Shown: positions 1-11,552 of the stretch, one piece after another
How positions within the stretch are numbered: the first letter of the stretch is position 1
Layout of the letters: each line of letters starts with the position of its first letter
NCBI GenBank assembly: GCA_047602405.1
Contig: JASGHJ010000001.1
Coordinates: 736,001-800,000, forward strand
DNA: 64,000 nt
Reading direction: 5' to 3'
From: Anaeromyxobacteraceae bacterium
GTDB taxonomy: Bacteria; Myxococcota; Myxococcia; Myxococcales; Anaeromyxobacteraceae
The notes under the pieces: generated by a model
Seen by the model: the letters and a program-made list of their open reading frames with translations, nothing else
Told to the model about the DNA's origin: nothing
Databases searched by the model: none
Made by a program: the position numbers and the translations under genes

Positions 1-250
1 GGGGCGCTACGCGGCGGACGCGATGGAGGGCGCCTGGGTCTTCCGCCGCGAGTCCGGGCTCCTCGAGGAGGAGGCCGAGTTCAGGGCCGGCGTGCCCCAC
101 GGGCGCTTCGTCGCATACGGCCCGTCGGGGAAGAAGCGCACCGAGGGGCAGCGCTGCCTCGGCGCGCCGTGCGGCCTGTGGCGCACGTGGTCGGACGACG
201 GGCGCCTCGAGGGCGAGGTCCGGTACGAGACGCCCGTCGTGACGCCGTGA
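1..250 (+). CDS. MORN-repeat-variant / YwqK-antitoxin-like protein, 5'-truncated by the window edge
   Basis: Repeated GxWxxxxxSG..xxEGxYxxG-type units (EGAWVFRRESG, HGRFVAYGPSG, CGLWRTWSDDG); stop at 248-250. Confidence 0.6.
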   Translation, partial: GRYAADAMEGAWVFRRESGLLEEEAEFRAGVPHGRFVAYGPSGKKRTEGQRCLGAPCGLWRTWSDDGRLEGEVRYETPVVTP

Positions 251-364
251 CGGTTTTCCGAGGGATCCCTCGCGTTTGTTGCAGGGATTCCCGAGGCCTG
301 CGCGTGTAAGTGGTTGATCCACCGTGCCGTCGGACCGGGCACAGCGGTTGCTCTCCGGTGCGGC

Positions 365-902
365 GTGGATCTCGGCTTCACCCTCGCCCTCCTCCTCGCG
401 GCCGCGTCCCCCGACCGCGAGGTGGTCCGTGCCGAGCTCGAGGCGGTCGCCGCCCGCATCGAGCAGCTGAAGGCGCGTCACGCGAGGGGTGAGGACGGGC
501 TTCACGGCGAGCTTCTTCGCGCTCCTGGTCCGGGCGCAGGAGCTCGCGATCACCCTCGACCGGCTGGATCACCCGCAGCCCGCCGAGCCGCCGCACCAGC
601 GGGTGAGGGGGCCGACCCCAGACGACCTCCGGGAGCGCGCCGACGCCGCCCGGGACGAGGCCGATCGGATCCGGAGCGCGCTCGACGAGATCGAGCGGCG
701 CATGGCCCAGGTGACCGCGAGCGCGCGTTCCCCAGACGCGCGGCTCGCGAGCACCGGGCCTCAGGACTCGACCGTCTCGCCCGCGCGGCGGATGCAGCTG
801 CTCCAGGGCCAGCGCGAGCGCCTGCTGAGGGCGCTCGCGCTCGCGCAGGCCGACGCGAACCGGCTCGAGGCCGAGGCGCGGCTGCTCGAGTCGGCGCCGT
901 AG
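365..902 (+). CDS. Secreted coiled-coil hypothetical protein with one +1 frameshift (~513)
   Basis: GTG start and hydrophobic signal (VDLGFTLALLLAAAS). Removing one T from GAGCTTCTTC joins ORF 314 to ORF 489..902 (..GELFALLVRAQEL..), giving 178 aa. Confidence 0.5.
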
Positions 903-906
903 CGGT

Positions 907-970
907 CCACTCCCCCGCTCATCCTGAGCGCAGGCGCCGCGCAGCGGCGCCGGAGTCGAAGGACGAGTGG
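907..970. repeat. REP-like palindrome, subfamily A
   Basis: ccgctcatcctgagcgcag-hairpin(gcgccgc/gcggcgc)-cggagtcgaagga between convergent genes. Confidence 0.75.
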
Positions 971-974
971 AGGA

Positions 975-1496
975 TCAGCTGTTGCTCGCGCGCGGCGGGT
1001 TCACCTGCGCCTCGATGTACGCGTCGAACGCGGCCGACGGCACCGGGAGGGCGAACCACGTCGCGAGGACCGCGCCGTCCTTCGACACGTCCACGGTCTC
1101 CTGCACGCCCGGCGTCAGCCGGAGCCTGCCGGTGGTGTGGAGGTCGCGGGCGGGGATCTTGAGCGTGTAGTCGAGCGCGATCTCGCCGGTCGGCTGGCGC
1201 TCGGCCTCGACGCGGAGCCAGAGCCGGATGCGCTCCGGGTCGGTCGGGTCGTGCAGCACGAGCTCGGAGACCTTGCCCACCGGCGCGATGATCCGCGGCC
1301 GGGCGACGACGTGGCCCTCGCCGTCCGTCACCGCGAGCTCGACGAGCTGGCCCGACGAGCCGATCTCCCGCTCGGCGCGGGCGCGCTCGATGGCGGAGTG
1401 GGTCCGGAGCGCGACCTCGGCGGAGCCGCCCCCGAGGATGAACGCGGAGGAGAGGAGCCATGCGATTCGCAACGATCTCGGGACCCGGAAGGCCAT
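975..1496 (-). CDS. Exported hypothetical protein
   Basis: 173-aa ORF with N-terminal hydrophobic segment and normal composition. Confidence 0.55.
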   Translation of the reverse strand: MAFRVPRSLRIAWLLSSAFILGGGSAEVALRTHSAIERARAEREIGSSGQLVELAVTDGEGHVVARPRIIAPVGKVSELVLHDPTDPERIRLWLRVEAERQPTGEIALDYTLKIPARDLHTTGRLRLTPGVQETVDVSKDGAVLATWFALPVPSAAFDAYIEAQVNPPRASNS

Positions 1497-1680
1497 GGGG
1501 CCTTCGGGAATGCACGCGACGTGCCTCGATCGTGGGACCGGGAATACGCCAGCTTGGCGTGCGGCCGACCCGGCGCGGGCGTGGCTTTCCGTCGACGCCG
1601 TGGAAAACCGGCGACACGGCCCGGATAGTCCCCGCGTACGGCGACCGGACCGCGAGTGCTACCCGGGCGGGGTCGAGCCC

Positions 1681-2928
1681 TCAGGCACCGGCGTCGGGAT
1701 TCGGCTCGCCCCTCCGCCTGCGATACGCCTCCTCCGCGACCAGCCGATGGTCCTCGTGGACGATGTCGCCTCCGACCTCGCCGCCGCAGCGCGGGCAGGT
1801 CTGGCTCGACGTCGTGAGCGGCGCGCGGCAACCGGGGTCCGAGCACGTGAAGCTGACCGCGCGCGCGCCAGCGAACGCACCCGCGACCGCGCCGCCGACC
1901 GCCGCGATGGACAGGGCGAGCCCGCCGGCGGCCTCGACGCCGACGAGCGCCGCGGTCGCGGCGAGCCCGGCACAGAGGCCGAGCAGCGCCCAGGTCACCG
2001 TACGTGTGTGCCGGACGCGGAACACCGGGCGGCCCGCGTTGGACGGCGCGTCCTCGGCCGGCGGCGGCGCGGGCTCCGGCGGCGCGTCGGGCAGCGCGAG
2101 TGCACCGCCGGCCGGGAGCGGCGGCGGTGCGGGCCAGGCGCCCTGGTCGGGCAGGCCGAGCGCGTGGAGAAGCCCGGCCTCCGGTCGCCGCAGCGCCTTC
2201 AGCGCGGCGTGGAAGGCCCCGGCCTGGTTCGACTCGAGCAGGCCCTCTACCCGCCGTGCGGCGCGGCCGTCGAGCCTGCGCGCGGTCACCGCGGCCGCGA
2301 GCAGGAAGCTCATCGCGTCGGGCGACAGGTAGCCGGCCTGGGAGTGCGACCACCGGGTGACCGTCATGACGCCCTGGAGCTCGCCGGACTTCCGGTACCG
2401 GTAGCTCCCGTTCGTCGTCAGGATCCCGAAGCCCAGGTAGACGGTCGTGACGTCGGTGAGGAGCTCCTCCGTGGCGCGGTCCTCGACCTCGAGGCCGTGC
2501 GCGCGGCGGTAGGCGTGCGCGACCTCGTGGCACAGGGTCGCGACGAGGCCCTCCGGATCCCCGAGCCCGCGCACGTCGACGCCGAAGTGGCAGGCGCGGC
2601 CGTCGAACCCGAGGAACCAGCCCGCCGCCCCGGCGTGCCGCGAGGACTCGCTCGTGCCGCCCACCGTCGAGCCCACGGATGACTCGACGACGTGCGTGCC
2701 CTCGCCCACCTCGACCGCGACGTCGTACTCGCCGAGCCCGGCATACCCGAGCAGCCGACGGCAGACGTTCGCGACGCCGTCGGCGTCCGGACGCCAGGCG
2801 TCGGGGAAGTAGCGCGGCGTCGGCTCGAGCAGGTGCGACGACACGAGCGGCAGGTGCCCCCGGGCCTCCACGAGGCCGGCGAGCGCCGAGAGCAGGGCTT
2901 CGCGCTCCTCGCGCGGCGGAAGGGACAT
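1681..2928 (-). CDS. HExxH metallopeptidase-like membrane protein with C-terminal zinc ribbon
   Basis: Start MSLPPREERE; TLCHEVAH...EELLTD motif; Pro-rich linker; two TM helices; CSDPGC..CPRC. Confidence 0.55.
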   Translation of the reverse strand: MSLPPREEREALLSALAGLVEARGHLPLVSSHLLEPTPRYFPDAWRPDADGVANVCRRLLGYAGLGEYDVAVEVGEGTHVVESSVGSTVGGTSESSRHAGAAGWFLGFDGRACHFGVDVRGLGDPEGLVATLCHEVAHAYRRAHGLEVEDRATEELLTDVTTVYLGFGILTTNGSYRYRKSGELQGVMTVTRWSHSQAGYLSPDAMSFLLAAAVTARRLDGRAARRVEGLLESNQAGAFHAALKALRRPEAGLLHALGLPDQGAWPAPPPLPAGGALALPDAPPEPAPPPAEDAPSNAGRPVFRVRHTRTVTWALLGLCAGLAATAALVGVEAAGGLALSIAAVGGAVAGAFAGARAVSFTCSDPGCRAPLTTSSQTCPRCGGEVGGDIVHEDHRLVAEEAYRRRRGEPNPDAGA

Positions 2929-3016
2929 GGCGCCCCATCTTTCACGGACGGTCCGGGCGGTGCAAGGGCGTTCGCCGGCGCTATAGAAGCCGGGTCCACA
3001 CGGGAGACACGACACG

Positions 3017-4129
3017 ATGCGCGCCTGGGTGCTGCAGGGGAACGGGGTCGAGACGCTCACGCTCGAGGAGCGGCCGCCGCCGCGCCCGGGGCCCGGGCAG
3101 GTGCGCGTGCGCATGCGCGCCGCGAGCCTCAACTACCGTGACCTCCTCGTCGCGAGCGGCACCTACGGCAGCGCGGCGCCCAGGCGCCCGCTCGTGCCGC
3201 TGTCGGATGGCGCGGGCGAGGTCGTGGAGGTCGGCGACGGCGTCTCGGGCGTGCGGGCAGGCGATCGGGTGGTCGCGAACTTCTTCCAGGGCTGGCTCGA
3301 CGGGCCGCAGACCGACGCCACCAACGCGACCGCCCTCGGCGGCGCCGTCGACGGCGTGCTCGCCGAGGAGGTCGTCTTCCAGGCTGCGGCGGTGGTGCCG
3401 GTGCCTGCGCACCTCTCCTTCGAGGAGGCGGCGACGCTGCCTTGCGCGGCGCTGACGGCGTGGGTGGCGCTCTTCGAGCGCGGCAAGCTCGCCGCGAGCC
3501 AGACGGTGCTCGTGCAGGGCACGGGCGGCGTCTCGCTCTGCGGGCTGCAGCTCGCGAAGGCGGCGGGCGCGCGCGTGATCCTCACCTCGCGCAGCGCCGC
3601 GAAGCTCTCGCGCGCGGTGACGCTCGGCGCCGACGACACGATCGACACGGTCCGCACCCCGGACTGGGACGCCACCGCGCGCGCCCTCACCGGCGGCGAG
3701 GGGGTCGATCACCTGCTCGAGGTCATCGGCGCGGCGACGCTCCCGCGCTCGATCCGTGCCATGAAGCCCGGCGGACACCTCACGCTCGTCGGGCTCCTCT
3801 CCGGCGCGCGCTCGGATCCGGCGGCCGCGCGCGCGCAGGCGCCGGGCGTGAACGTGAGCGGCGTGTTCGTCGGCAGCGTGCGGATGTTCGAGCGGATGAA
3901 CGCGTTCCTCGCGCGGCACGCGATCCGGCCGGTGCTCGACGAGCGGTTCCCGTTCGCGCGCGCGCGGGACGCCTACGCGCACCTCGCCGCGGGGAACCAC
4001 TTCGGGAAGGTCGTGATCGGGATCTCGAGGGGCCCGCGGCCCCTGCATCTCAGCTCGAGAAGCCGATGCCCATCTTCTCGAGCACGCGCAGCATCGCGCT
4101 CGGCGCCCCGCCGGCGTCGACCTTCCTGA
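3017..4129 (+). CDS. MDR-family (zinc-binding ADH-like) NAD(P)-dependent oxidoreductase
   Basis: ASLNYRD, PLSDGAGEV, AATLPCAALTAW, QGTGGVS, HFGKVVI. The ORF tail overlaps the convergent gene by 80 nt. Confidence 0.85.
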   Translation: MRAWVLQGNGVETLTLEERPPPRPGPGQVRVRMRAASLNYRDLLVASGTYGSAAPRRPLVPLSDGAGEVVEVGDGVSGVRAGDRVVANFFQGWLDGPQTDATNATALGGAVDGVLAEEVVFQAAAVVPVPAHLSFEEAATLPCAALTAWVALFERGKLAASQTVLVQGTGGVSLCGLQLAKAAGARVILTSRSAAKLSRAVTLGADDTIDTVRTPDWDATARALTGGEGVDHLLEVIGAATLPRSIRAMKPGGHLTLVGLLSGARSDPAAARAQAPGVNVSGVFVGSVRMFERMNAFLARHAIRPVLDERFPFARARDAYAHLAAGNHFGKVVIGISRGPRPLHLSSRSRCPSSRARAASRSAPRRRRPS

Positions 4130-5426
4130 GGTCCCGCGTGACGGCGTTGACCGCCCAGCCGCGGATCGGCTCCGGCGGGTACGGGAAGGGCTTCTTCGTC
4201 ACGAGCGCGAGCGAGAGGAGCTCGCTCGCGCGGTCGAGCGCGAGGTGCGCGAGGATCCGGCCCGCGACGCGGGTCGAGCCGAGGCCGTGGCCGGTGAAGC
4301 CGAGGCCGTAGAGGGCCCGGCCGCCCAGCGCCTGGCCGAAGAACGGCGTGAGCCGCGTGGTCGAGCAGATGGCGCCGCCCCAGGCGTACGGCCACTCGAG
4401 GCCCGCGAGCTGCGGGAAGGTCTCCTTCCAGCTCGCCTTGAGTGACGCGTAGTGCCGCTCGGAGTGGTCGCAGCCCTCGTCGACGCGGTTCCCGCCCCAG
4501 TAGTGCGCCTCGCTCGTGCCCCACAGGATCCGGCCGTCGGCGGTGGGGCGGTAGTAGTTGAAGAAGGTGCGGCCGTCGGTGATGCCCTGGCGGCCCTTCC
4601 AGCCGATGGCCTCCCACTGCGCCGCGTCGAGCGGCTCGGAGACGAGGATGTAGTCGTAGAGCGGGATGAACCGGTGGCGCACCGCCGGGACGAGGTGGTG
4701 CGTGTACGCGCTCGTCGCGAGGATCGCGCGGCGCGCGCGGAGGGTCGTGCCGTTCGCGGCGATCCGCACGCCGGCGCCGTCCTCCTCGAGCGCGGTCACC
4801 TTCGTGCGCTCGTGGACGCGCACGCCGAGGCGCTCGGCCTCCTTGCGCAGGCCGTCGGTGAAACGGGCCGGGTCGAGGATGCCGCCGCCCTTCACCTCGA
4901 GGCCGCCGAGGTAGCGCGGGGAGTGCACCTCCGCCTGCATCTCCTCCCTCGAGAGGAGCCGGTGGGTGTGGATGCCGAGGGACTCGGCGATGTCGACGTT
5001 GCGCTGCGCCTCCTCGAGGTGCGCCGGCGTGAACGACGCCATGAAGCGGCCGGAGGGCTCCCAGTCGCAGGCGATCCCGCGCGCCTGGATGAAGCCGGTG
5101 AGCTCCTTCGCGTTCTCCTCGCCGAGCGCCGCGAGCCGTTTCGCCTCGGCCGCGCCGAAGTGCTGGATGGCGAGGCCGTGCGTGTGATCGATGGTCTCGG
5201 CGAGCATGCCGGCGTTCCGGCCGCTCGCGCCGTAGGCGGCGATGCCCTGCTCGACGACCGCCACGTCGCGCGAGGGATCGAGCTCCTTCAGGAAGAGCGC
5301 GGTCCAAAGGCCCGTGAGGCCGGCGCCGAGCACGACGAGGTCGTGCTCGGCGGGCCGCTCGAGCGGGCGGGGCTCGTGCTTCGGGAGCGCGGCGAGCCAG
5401 TAGCAGGCTTCTTCGATGGGGCGCAT
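4050..5426 (-). CDS. FAD-dependent oxidoreductase, PuuB/OrdL (DAO) family amine oxidase
   Basis: GAGLTGLW dinucleotide fold, GASGRNAG, GFTGHGL; polyamine gene context. Confidence 0.8.
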   Translation of the reverse strand: MRPIEEACYWLAALPKHEPRPLERPAEHDLVVLGAGLTGLWTALFLKELDPSRDVAVVEQGIAAYGASGRNAGMLAETIDHTHGLAIQHFGAAEAKRLAALGEENAKELTGFIQARGIACDWEPSGRFMASFTPAHLEEAQRNVDIAESLGIHTHRLLSREEMQAEVHSPRYLGGLEVKGGGILDPARFTDGLRKEAERLGVRVHERTKVTALEEDGAGVRIAANGTTLRARRAILATSAYTHHLVPAVRHRFIPLYDYILVSEPLDAAQWEAIGWKGRQGITDGRTFFNYYRPTADGRILWGTSEAHYWGGNRVDEGCDHSERHYASLKASWKETFPQLAGLEWPYAWGGAICSTTRLTPFFGQALGGRALYGLGFTGHGLGSTRVAGRILAHLALDRASELLSLALVTKKPFPYPPEPIRGWAVNAVTRDLRKVDAGGAPSAMLRVLEKMGIGFSS

Positions 5427-5427
5427 C

Positions 5428-6891
5428 TCAGTACCAGGAAATGGGCTTCTCGGAGAGGTTCACGTGGACCTGCTTCGTCTCGAGGTACTCCTCGAGCCCC
5501 ATGTGGCCGAGCTCGCGCCCGTAACCGGAGCGCTTGTAGCCGCCCCAGGGCGCCTCGACGTAGGTCGGCTGCATGTGGTTCACCCACACGATGCCGGCGC
5601 GGATGGCCTTCACCGCGCGCATCGCGCGGTTGAGGTCGCGGGTCCAGACCGCGGCGGCGAGGCCGTAGACGGTGTCGTTGGCCTGCCGGATCGCGTCGGC
5701 CTCGTCCTCGAACGGCATCACGGCGGCGACCGGCCCGAAGATCTCCTCGCGGGCGATGCGGGCGTTCTCGGGTACGTCGACGAAGATCGTCGGCTCGACC
5801 CACCAGCCGCGGTCGAGGCCGCGCGGCTTCCCGCCGCCGATGGCGAGCTTCGCCTCCTTCTTCCCGACCTCGAGGTAGCCGAGCACGCGCTCGTGCTGCT
5901 CCTTCGAGACGAGCGGGCCCATCTTCGTCGCCCGGTCGAGCGGTGGGCCGAGCTTGATGCGCTTCGCCTTCTCGACGAGCGCCTCCACGAACTTCCCGTA
6001 GATCGAGCGCTGCACGAGGATGCGGCTGCCGGCCGAGCAGATCTCGCCCTGGTTGAAGAAGATGCCGAAGAGCGCGCCGTCGATGGCGGCCTCGAAGTCG
6101 GCGTCGGCGAAGAAGACGTTCGGCGACTTCCCGCCGAGCTCGAGCGTCACGCGCTTCAGGGTGTCGGCGCCGGCGCGGGCGATGAGCTTCCCGACCGCCT
6201 CGGACCCCGTGAACGCGATCTTGTCGACGCCCGGGTGCGCGACGATGGGCGCGCCGCAGGTCTCGCCGAAGCCGGTGAGGATGTTCACCGCGCCGGGCGG
6301 GAGTCCGGCCTCCTCCAGCCAGCCGGCGAACAGCAGCGCCGTGAGCGGCGTCTGCTCGGCGGGCTTGAGCACGCAGGTGCAGCCGGCGGCGAGCGCCGGG
6401 GCGAGCTTCCAGACCGCCATGAGCAGCGGGTAGTTCCAGGGGATGATCTGCCCCGCGACGCCGACGGGCTCCTTGAGCGTGAGCGACAGCGCGTCGTCCG
6501 GCACCGGGTTCACCGCGCCCGAGGACTTCGTCGCGAGCCCGCCGTAGTACTCGAGGCAGGTCGCGACGTCGGTGATGTCGAGCTCGGCCTCGGCGATGGG
6601 CTTCCCGTTGTTGCGCGCCTCGAGCTCGGAGAGCTGGGCGTGCTCCCTCCGCACCCGCTCGGCGAGCCGGAAGAGGACCCGGCCGCGCTCCTGGGCGGTC
6701 GTGCGCGGCCAGGGGCCCTCGTCGAACGCCCGCCGGGCGGCCTTCACCGCCGCGTCGACGTCCTCCGGGCCGCAGTCCGGCACCCGGGCGATGATCTCCT
6801 CGGTCGAGGGATCGAAGACGGGAAACGTCCTGCCCGAGCGGGCGGGGACGCGCTTCCCGTCGATGAGGTTGAGCCACCTCGAGTCGACCAT
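5428..6891 (-). CDS. Aldehyde dehydrogenase (betaine-aldehyde/aminoaldehyde DH-like)
   Basis: Start MVDSRWLNLIDG; IIPWNYP, FTGS, LELGGKSP, NQGEICSAG, EEIFGP. Confidence 0.9.
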   Translation of the reverse strand: MVDSRWLNLIDGKRVPARSGRTFPVFDPSTEEIIARVPDCGPEDVDAAVKAARRAFDEGPWPRTTAQERGRVLFRLAERVRREHAQLSELEARNNGKPIAEAELDITDVATCLEYYGGLATKSSGAVNPVPDDALSLTLKEPVGVAGQIIPWNYPLLMAVWKLAPALAAGCTCVLKPAEQTPLTALLFAGWLEEAGLPPGAVNILTGFGETCGAPIVAHPGVDKIAFTGSEAVGKLIARAGADTLKRVTLELGGKSPNVFFADADFEAAIDGALFGIFFNQGEICSAGSRILVQRSIYGKFVEALVEKAKRIKLGPPLDRATKMGPLVSKEQHERVLGYLEVGKKEAKLAIGGGKPRGLDRGWWVEPTIFVDVPENARIAREEIFGPVAAVMPFEDEADAIRQANDTVYGLAAAVWTRDLNRAMRAVKAIRAGIVWVNHMQPTYVEAPWGGYKRSGYGRELGHMGLEEYLETKQVHVNLSEKPISWY

Positions 6892-6914
6892 GACCGTCGC
6901 CTCCGCCTCCGGTC

Positions 6915-8237
6915 CTAGGACCGGACCGCCTTGTCGGTGAGCTCGAGGCCGCGGTCGATGATGCCGAACGCCTCCTTGAGCTGGGCTTCCGTGATGGTGA
7001 GCGGCGGGTTCGTGTAGAAGCTGTTCCACCGCACCATCGTGTAGAGCCCCTGCTCGCGGAAGAACCGCCCGAGCGCGGCCATCTCCTCGGAGGTGCCGTT
7101 GAAGGGCGCCATGGGCTCGAGCGTCTTGCGATCCCGGACGAGCTCCACGATGCCGAAGAGGCCGATCGAGCGGACCGCGCCGACCGACGGGTGCTTCGCG
7201 GCGAGCCCCTCGAGGAGCGCCCTCATCACCTTGCCGGTCTCGCGGGCGCGCTCGACGAGCCGGTCCTCCTCGTAGACCTGGATCGCGGCGAGCGCGGCGG
7301 CGCAGCCGACCGGGTGGCTGTTGTAGGTGAGGCCGCCGTAGAAGACCTTGTCCTTGAAGGCGTCGGCGATCTGCCGGCGCATGCCGACCGCGCCGAGCGG
7401 CACGTAGGACGAGGTCAGCCCCTTCGCCATCGTGATCAGGTCGGGCACGACGCCCCAGTGGTTCACTGCGAACCACTCGCCGGTGCGGCCGAAGCCGGCC
7501 ATCACCTCGTCGGCGATCATGAGGATGCCGTACTTCGTGCAGAGCTCGCGCACGCCCTGGAGGTAGCCGTCCGGCGGCACGAGGATGCCGTTCGTGCCGG
7601 TGACGGTCTCGAGGATGAAGGCGGCGATGTGGTTCGGCCCCTCGAGCTGGATGGTCTCCTCGAGGTTCGCGAGCGCGCGGGGCACGTCGTCCCAGCCGCG
7701 CTGGATGCCGTGGTACGGGTCCATCACGCGGACGACGCCCGGCATGCCCGGCTCGGCGGCCCAGCGGCGCGGGTCGCCGGTGAGCGCCACCGCGCCGGCG
7801 GTGGCGCCGTGGTACGAGCGGTAGCGCGCCATGATCTTGTGGCGGCCGGTGTACTGGCGGGCGAGCTTGATGGCGTTCTCGTTCGCCTCGGCGCCGCCGT
7901 TCGTGAAGAAGAAGACGTCGAGGTCGCCCGGGCAGAGCTGGGCGAGCTTCTCGCCGAGCCGCGCGCGCGGCTCGGTCGCCATGAACGGGTTCGCGTAGTC
8001 GAGCGTCGAGAGCTGCTTCGTGATCGCGTCCACGATGCGCTTCTCGCCGTGCCCGGCGTTCACCGACATGAGCTGCGAGTTGAAGTCGATGAAGCGCTTC
8101 CCCTCCGGCGTGTAGAAGTAGATCCCGTCGGCCCGCGCCACGGGTATGGGGTCCACCTTCGACTGGGCCGACCACTCGAAGAGGGTGTGCTTCTTCGTGA
8201 GGGCGACGATCTCCTCGCCGGTCATGGGCTTCGTCAT
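6915..8237 (-). CDS. Class-III PLP aminotransferase (omega-amino acid/beta-alanine/taurine:pyruvate type)
   Basis: GGAEANE, SYHG, DEVMAGFGRTG, AKGLTS, GLTYNSHP; follows mmsA. Confidence 0.85.
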   Translation of the reverse strand: MTKPMTGEEIVALTKKHTLFEWSAQSKVDPIPVARADGIYFYTPEGKRFIDFNSQLMSVNAGHGEKRIVDAITKQLSTLDYANPFMATEPRARLGEKLAQLCPGDLDVFFFTNGGAEANENAIKLARQYTGRHKIMARYRSYHGATAGAVALTGDPRRWAAEPGMPGVVRVMDPYHGIQRGWDDVPRALANLEETIQLEGPNHIAAFILETVTGTNGILVPPDGYLQGVRELCTKYGILMIADEVMAGFGRTGEWFAVNHWGVVPDLITMAKGLTSSYVPLGAVGMRRQIADAFKDKVFYGGLTYNSHPVGCAAALAAIQVYEEDRLVERARETGKVMRALLEGLAAKHPSVGAVRSIGLFGIVELVRDRKTLEPMAPFNGTSEEMAALGRFFREQGLYTMVRWNSFYTNPPLTITEAQLKEAFGIIDRGLELTDKAVRS

Positions 8238-8246
8238 GAATCCCTT

Positions 8247-8295
8247 CCTTCGACTTCGGCCTGCCTGCGGCAGGCCTACGCTCAGGATGAGCGGA
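8247..8295. repeat. REP-like palindrome, subfamily A
   Basis: ccttcgacttcg-gcctgcc/ggcaggc-ctacgctcaggatgagcgga. Confidence 0.8.
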
Positions 8296-8303
8296 ATTGG
8301 AAG

Positions 8304-9806
<1,503 letters not shown>

Positions 9807-9864
9807 GCGGTGCTCCGTGGTCCAGGTGAGACGGTGGGGTGGGGTGGACCGACCGTAGCGGCGT

Positions 9865-9879
9865 TAAGTATATTGAGCA
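9865..9879. promoter_or_regulatory. Candidate PuuR-type operator in the divergent mmsA/puuR region
   Basis: AT-rich TAAGTATATTGAGCA; 11/15 match to the E. coli PuuR motif AAAATATAATGAACA as I recall it. Confidence 0.5.
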
Positions 9880-9970
9880 AGTGTTGAATGGACGGGCCGC
9901 TCGACCCGCCCCATTCGGCAGCCCTGGCAGGCTGGGAAGCCCTCCCGACGTCGAGTAGAGTGGCCCAACG

Positions 9971-10606
9971 ATGAGTATTTCGAACGCTGCACACCGGTCC
10001 GTTCGCCCCCCGGCAGGCTCGGGGCGGACGGGCGCGTCGGCGAAGGCGCACGGGAAGCCTGCCTTCGACATGGGCGAGCGGCTCCGCACGCTGCGGGAGC
10101 GCTTCGGCCTCTCGCAGCGCGCGCTCGCCACGAAGGCTGGCGTGACGAACGGGATGATCTCGCTCATCGAGAAGAACCGCTCGAGCCCGTCGGTCTCGAC
10201 GCTCAAGAAGATCCTCGACGTCTTCCCGCTCTCGCTCTCCGAGTTCTTCGCGACCGGCGAGGAGGCCGCACCCGCGATCTTCTTCCGCGCCGACGAGCTC
10301 GTGGAGCTCGCGGGCGGGCTCATCAGCTACCGCCAGGTCGGCAAGAGCCTCCAGGGGAAGCCGCTCCAGATCCTCCACGAGCGCCTGCAGCCGGGCGCCG
10401 ACACCGGCGAGGGCATGTTCCGGCACGAGGGCGAGGAGGGCGGCGTCGTGGTCCGCGGCGAGATCGAGCTCACCGTCGGCATGGCGACGCGCATCCTCCG
10501 CGCCGGCGACGCGTACTCCTTCCAGAGCAACATCCCCCACCGCTTCCGCAACCTCGGCACCGAGGTCTGCGAGCTCGTCAGCGCCTGCACCCCGCCGTCG
10601 TTCTAG
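9971..10606 (+). CDS. puuR: XRE-HTH + cupin transcriptional regulator, PuuR-like (start may be 10070)
   Basis: LSQRALA..GVTNGMISLIEKNRSSPSVSTLKK HTH; HEGEEGG...PHRFRN cupin; SACTPPSF end. Confidence 0.8.
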   Translation: MSISNAAHRSVRPPAGSGRTGASAKAHGKPAFDMGERLRTLRERFGLSQRALATKAGVTNGMISLIEKNRSSPSVSTLKKILDVFPLSLSEFFATGEEAAPAIFFRADELVELAGGLISYRQVGKSLQGKPLQILHERLQPGADTGEGMFRHEGEEGGVVVRGEIELTVGMATRILRAGDAYSFQSNIPHRFRNLGTEVCELVSACTPPSF

Positions 10607-10628
10607 GCGCGGCGGCCCCGAGGACTCC

Positions 10629-11552
10629 GTGATCGCCCCGTGGGCCGCGCTCTCGTTCACGCTCTCGGCCGCCTGCTGGGGGCTCGCGATCGTCGCGACG
10701 AAGGGGCTGCTCGAGGGCGCGCCGCCGCTCACCGCGCTCCTCGTGCAGGTGGCGGGCTCGGTCGCGTTCCTGTGGGTCGCCGTCGCGGTCACTCGCTCGC
10801 GGCTCCCCGTCGGCCGGACCACGCTCGTGGCCATCGCGAGCGGGTTCCTCGAGCCCGGGCTCGCCTACGCCGCGGGCCTCCTCGGCCTCCAGCTCACGAC
10901 GGCCTCCTCCGCGGCGATCATCGGCGCCACCGAGACCCCGATGATCCTGCTCCTCGCGGCGCTGTTCCTGCGCGAGCGGATGGGCCTCGCCGCGCTCGGG
11001 CTCGCGGCGCTCGCCGGCCTGGGCGTGGGCCTGCTCATGCTGCCCGACCTCTCGGGGCTCGCGGGCGGCTCCGTCGCCGGCGATCTCCTGCTGGTCCTCT
11101 CGACCTTCATCGCCGCCGTCTACGTCGTCATCTCCCGGCGGATCGTCGGCGACTTCGACGCGCTCCCGCTCGCGACCATCCAGCAGACGGGCGGCCTCGC
11201 CGTGGCGGGGCTGCTCTGGCTCGTCGCCCGCAACGCGGGCTGGGCGGCCGCCGCCGACGTGCCGCTCTCCTGGGGCACGCTCGGCGCGCTCGCGCTCACC
11301 GGCGTCGTCCAGTACGCGATGGCCTTCTGGTTCTGGCTCAAGGGCCTGAAGCACGTGCCCGCGAGCCGCGCCGCCGTCTTCCTCGCGCTCATCCCGGTCT
11401 TCGGCGTCGCCGGCGCCGCCGTCGTCCTGGGTGAGCGCCTCGTGCCGGCGCAGTGGGCCGGCGCCGTCCTCGTCGTCGCCGCGGTCCTCGCGCTCTCGCG
11501 CGCCGAGGGCCGCGACCCGCTGCCCTCCCCCACCCCGGAGCGTACGTCATGA
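10629..11552 (+). CDS. DMT/EamA family transporter
   Basis: About 10 TM helices in two EamA repeats (LFLRER, VLGERL). Confidence 0.85.
   Translation: MIAPWAALSFTLSAACWGLAIVATKGLLEGAPPLTALLVQVAGSVAFLWVAVAVTRSRLPVGRTTLVAIASGFLEPGLAYAAGLLGLQLTTASSAAIIGATETPMILLLAALFLRERMGLAALGLAALAGLGVGLLMLPDLSGLAGGSVAGDLLLVLSTFIAAVYVVISRRIVGDFDALPLATIQQTGGLAVAGLLWLVARNAGWAAAADVPLSWGTLGALALTGVVQYAMAFWFWLKGLKHVPASRAAVFLALIPVFGVAGAAVVLGERLVPAQWAGAVLVVAAVLALSRAEGRDPLPSPTPERTS

Noticed and set aside
4020..4129. Functional C-terminal extension of the MDR oxidoreductase overlapping the convergent gene
   Set aside because: Homology ends at GKVVI; the tail is low-complexity read-through with no evidence of function
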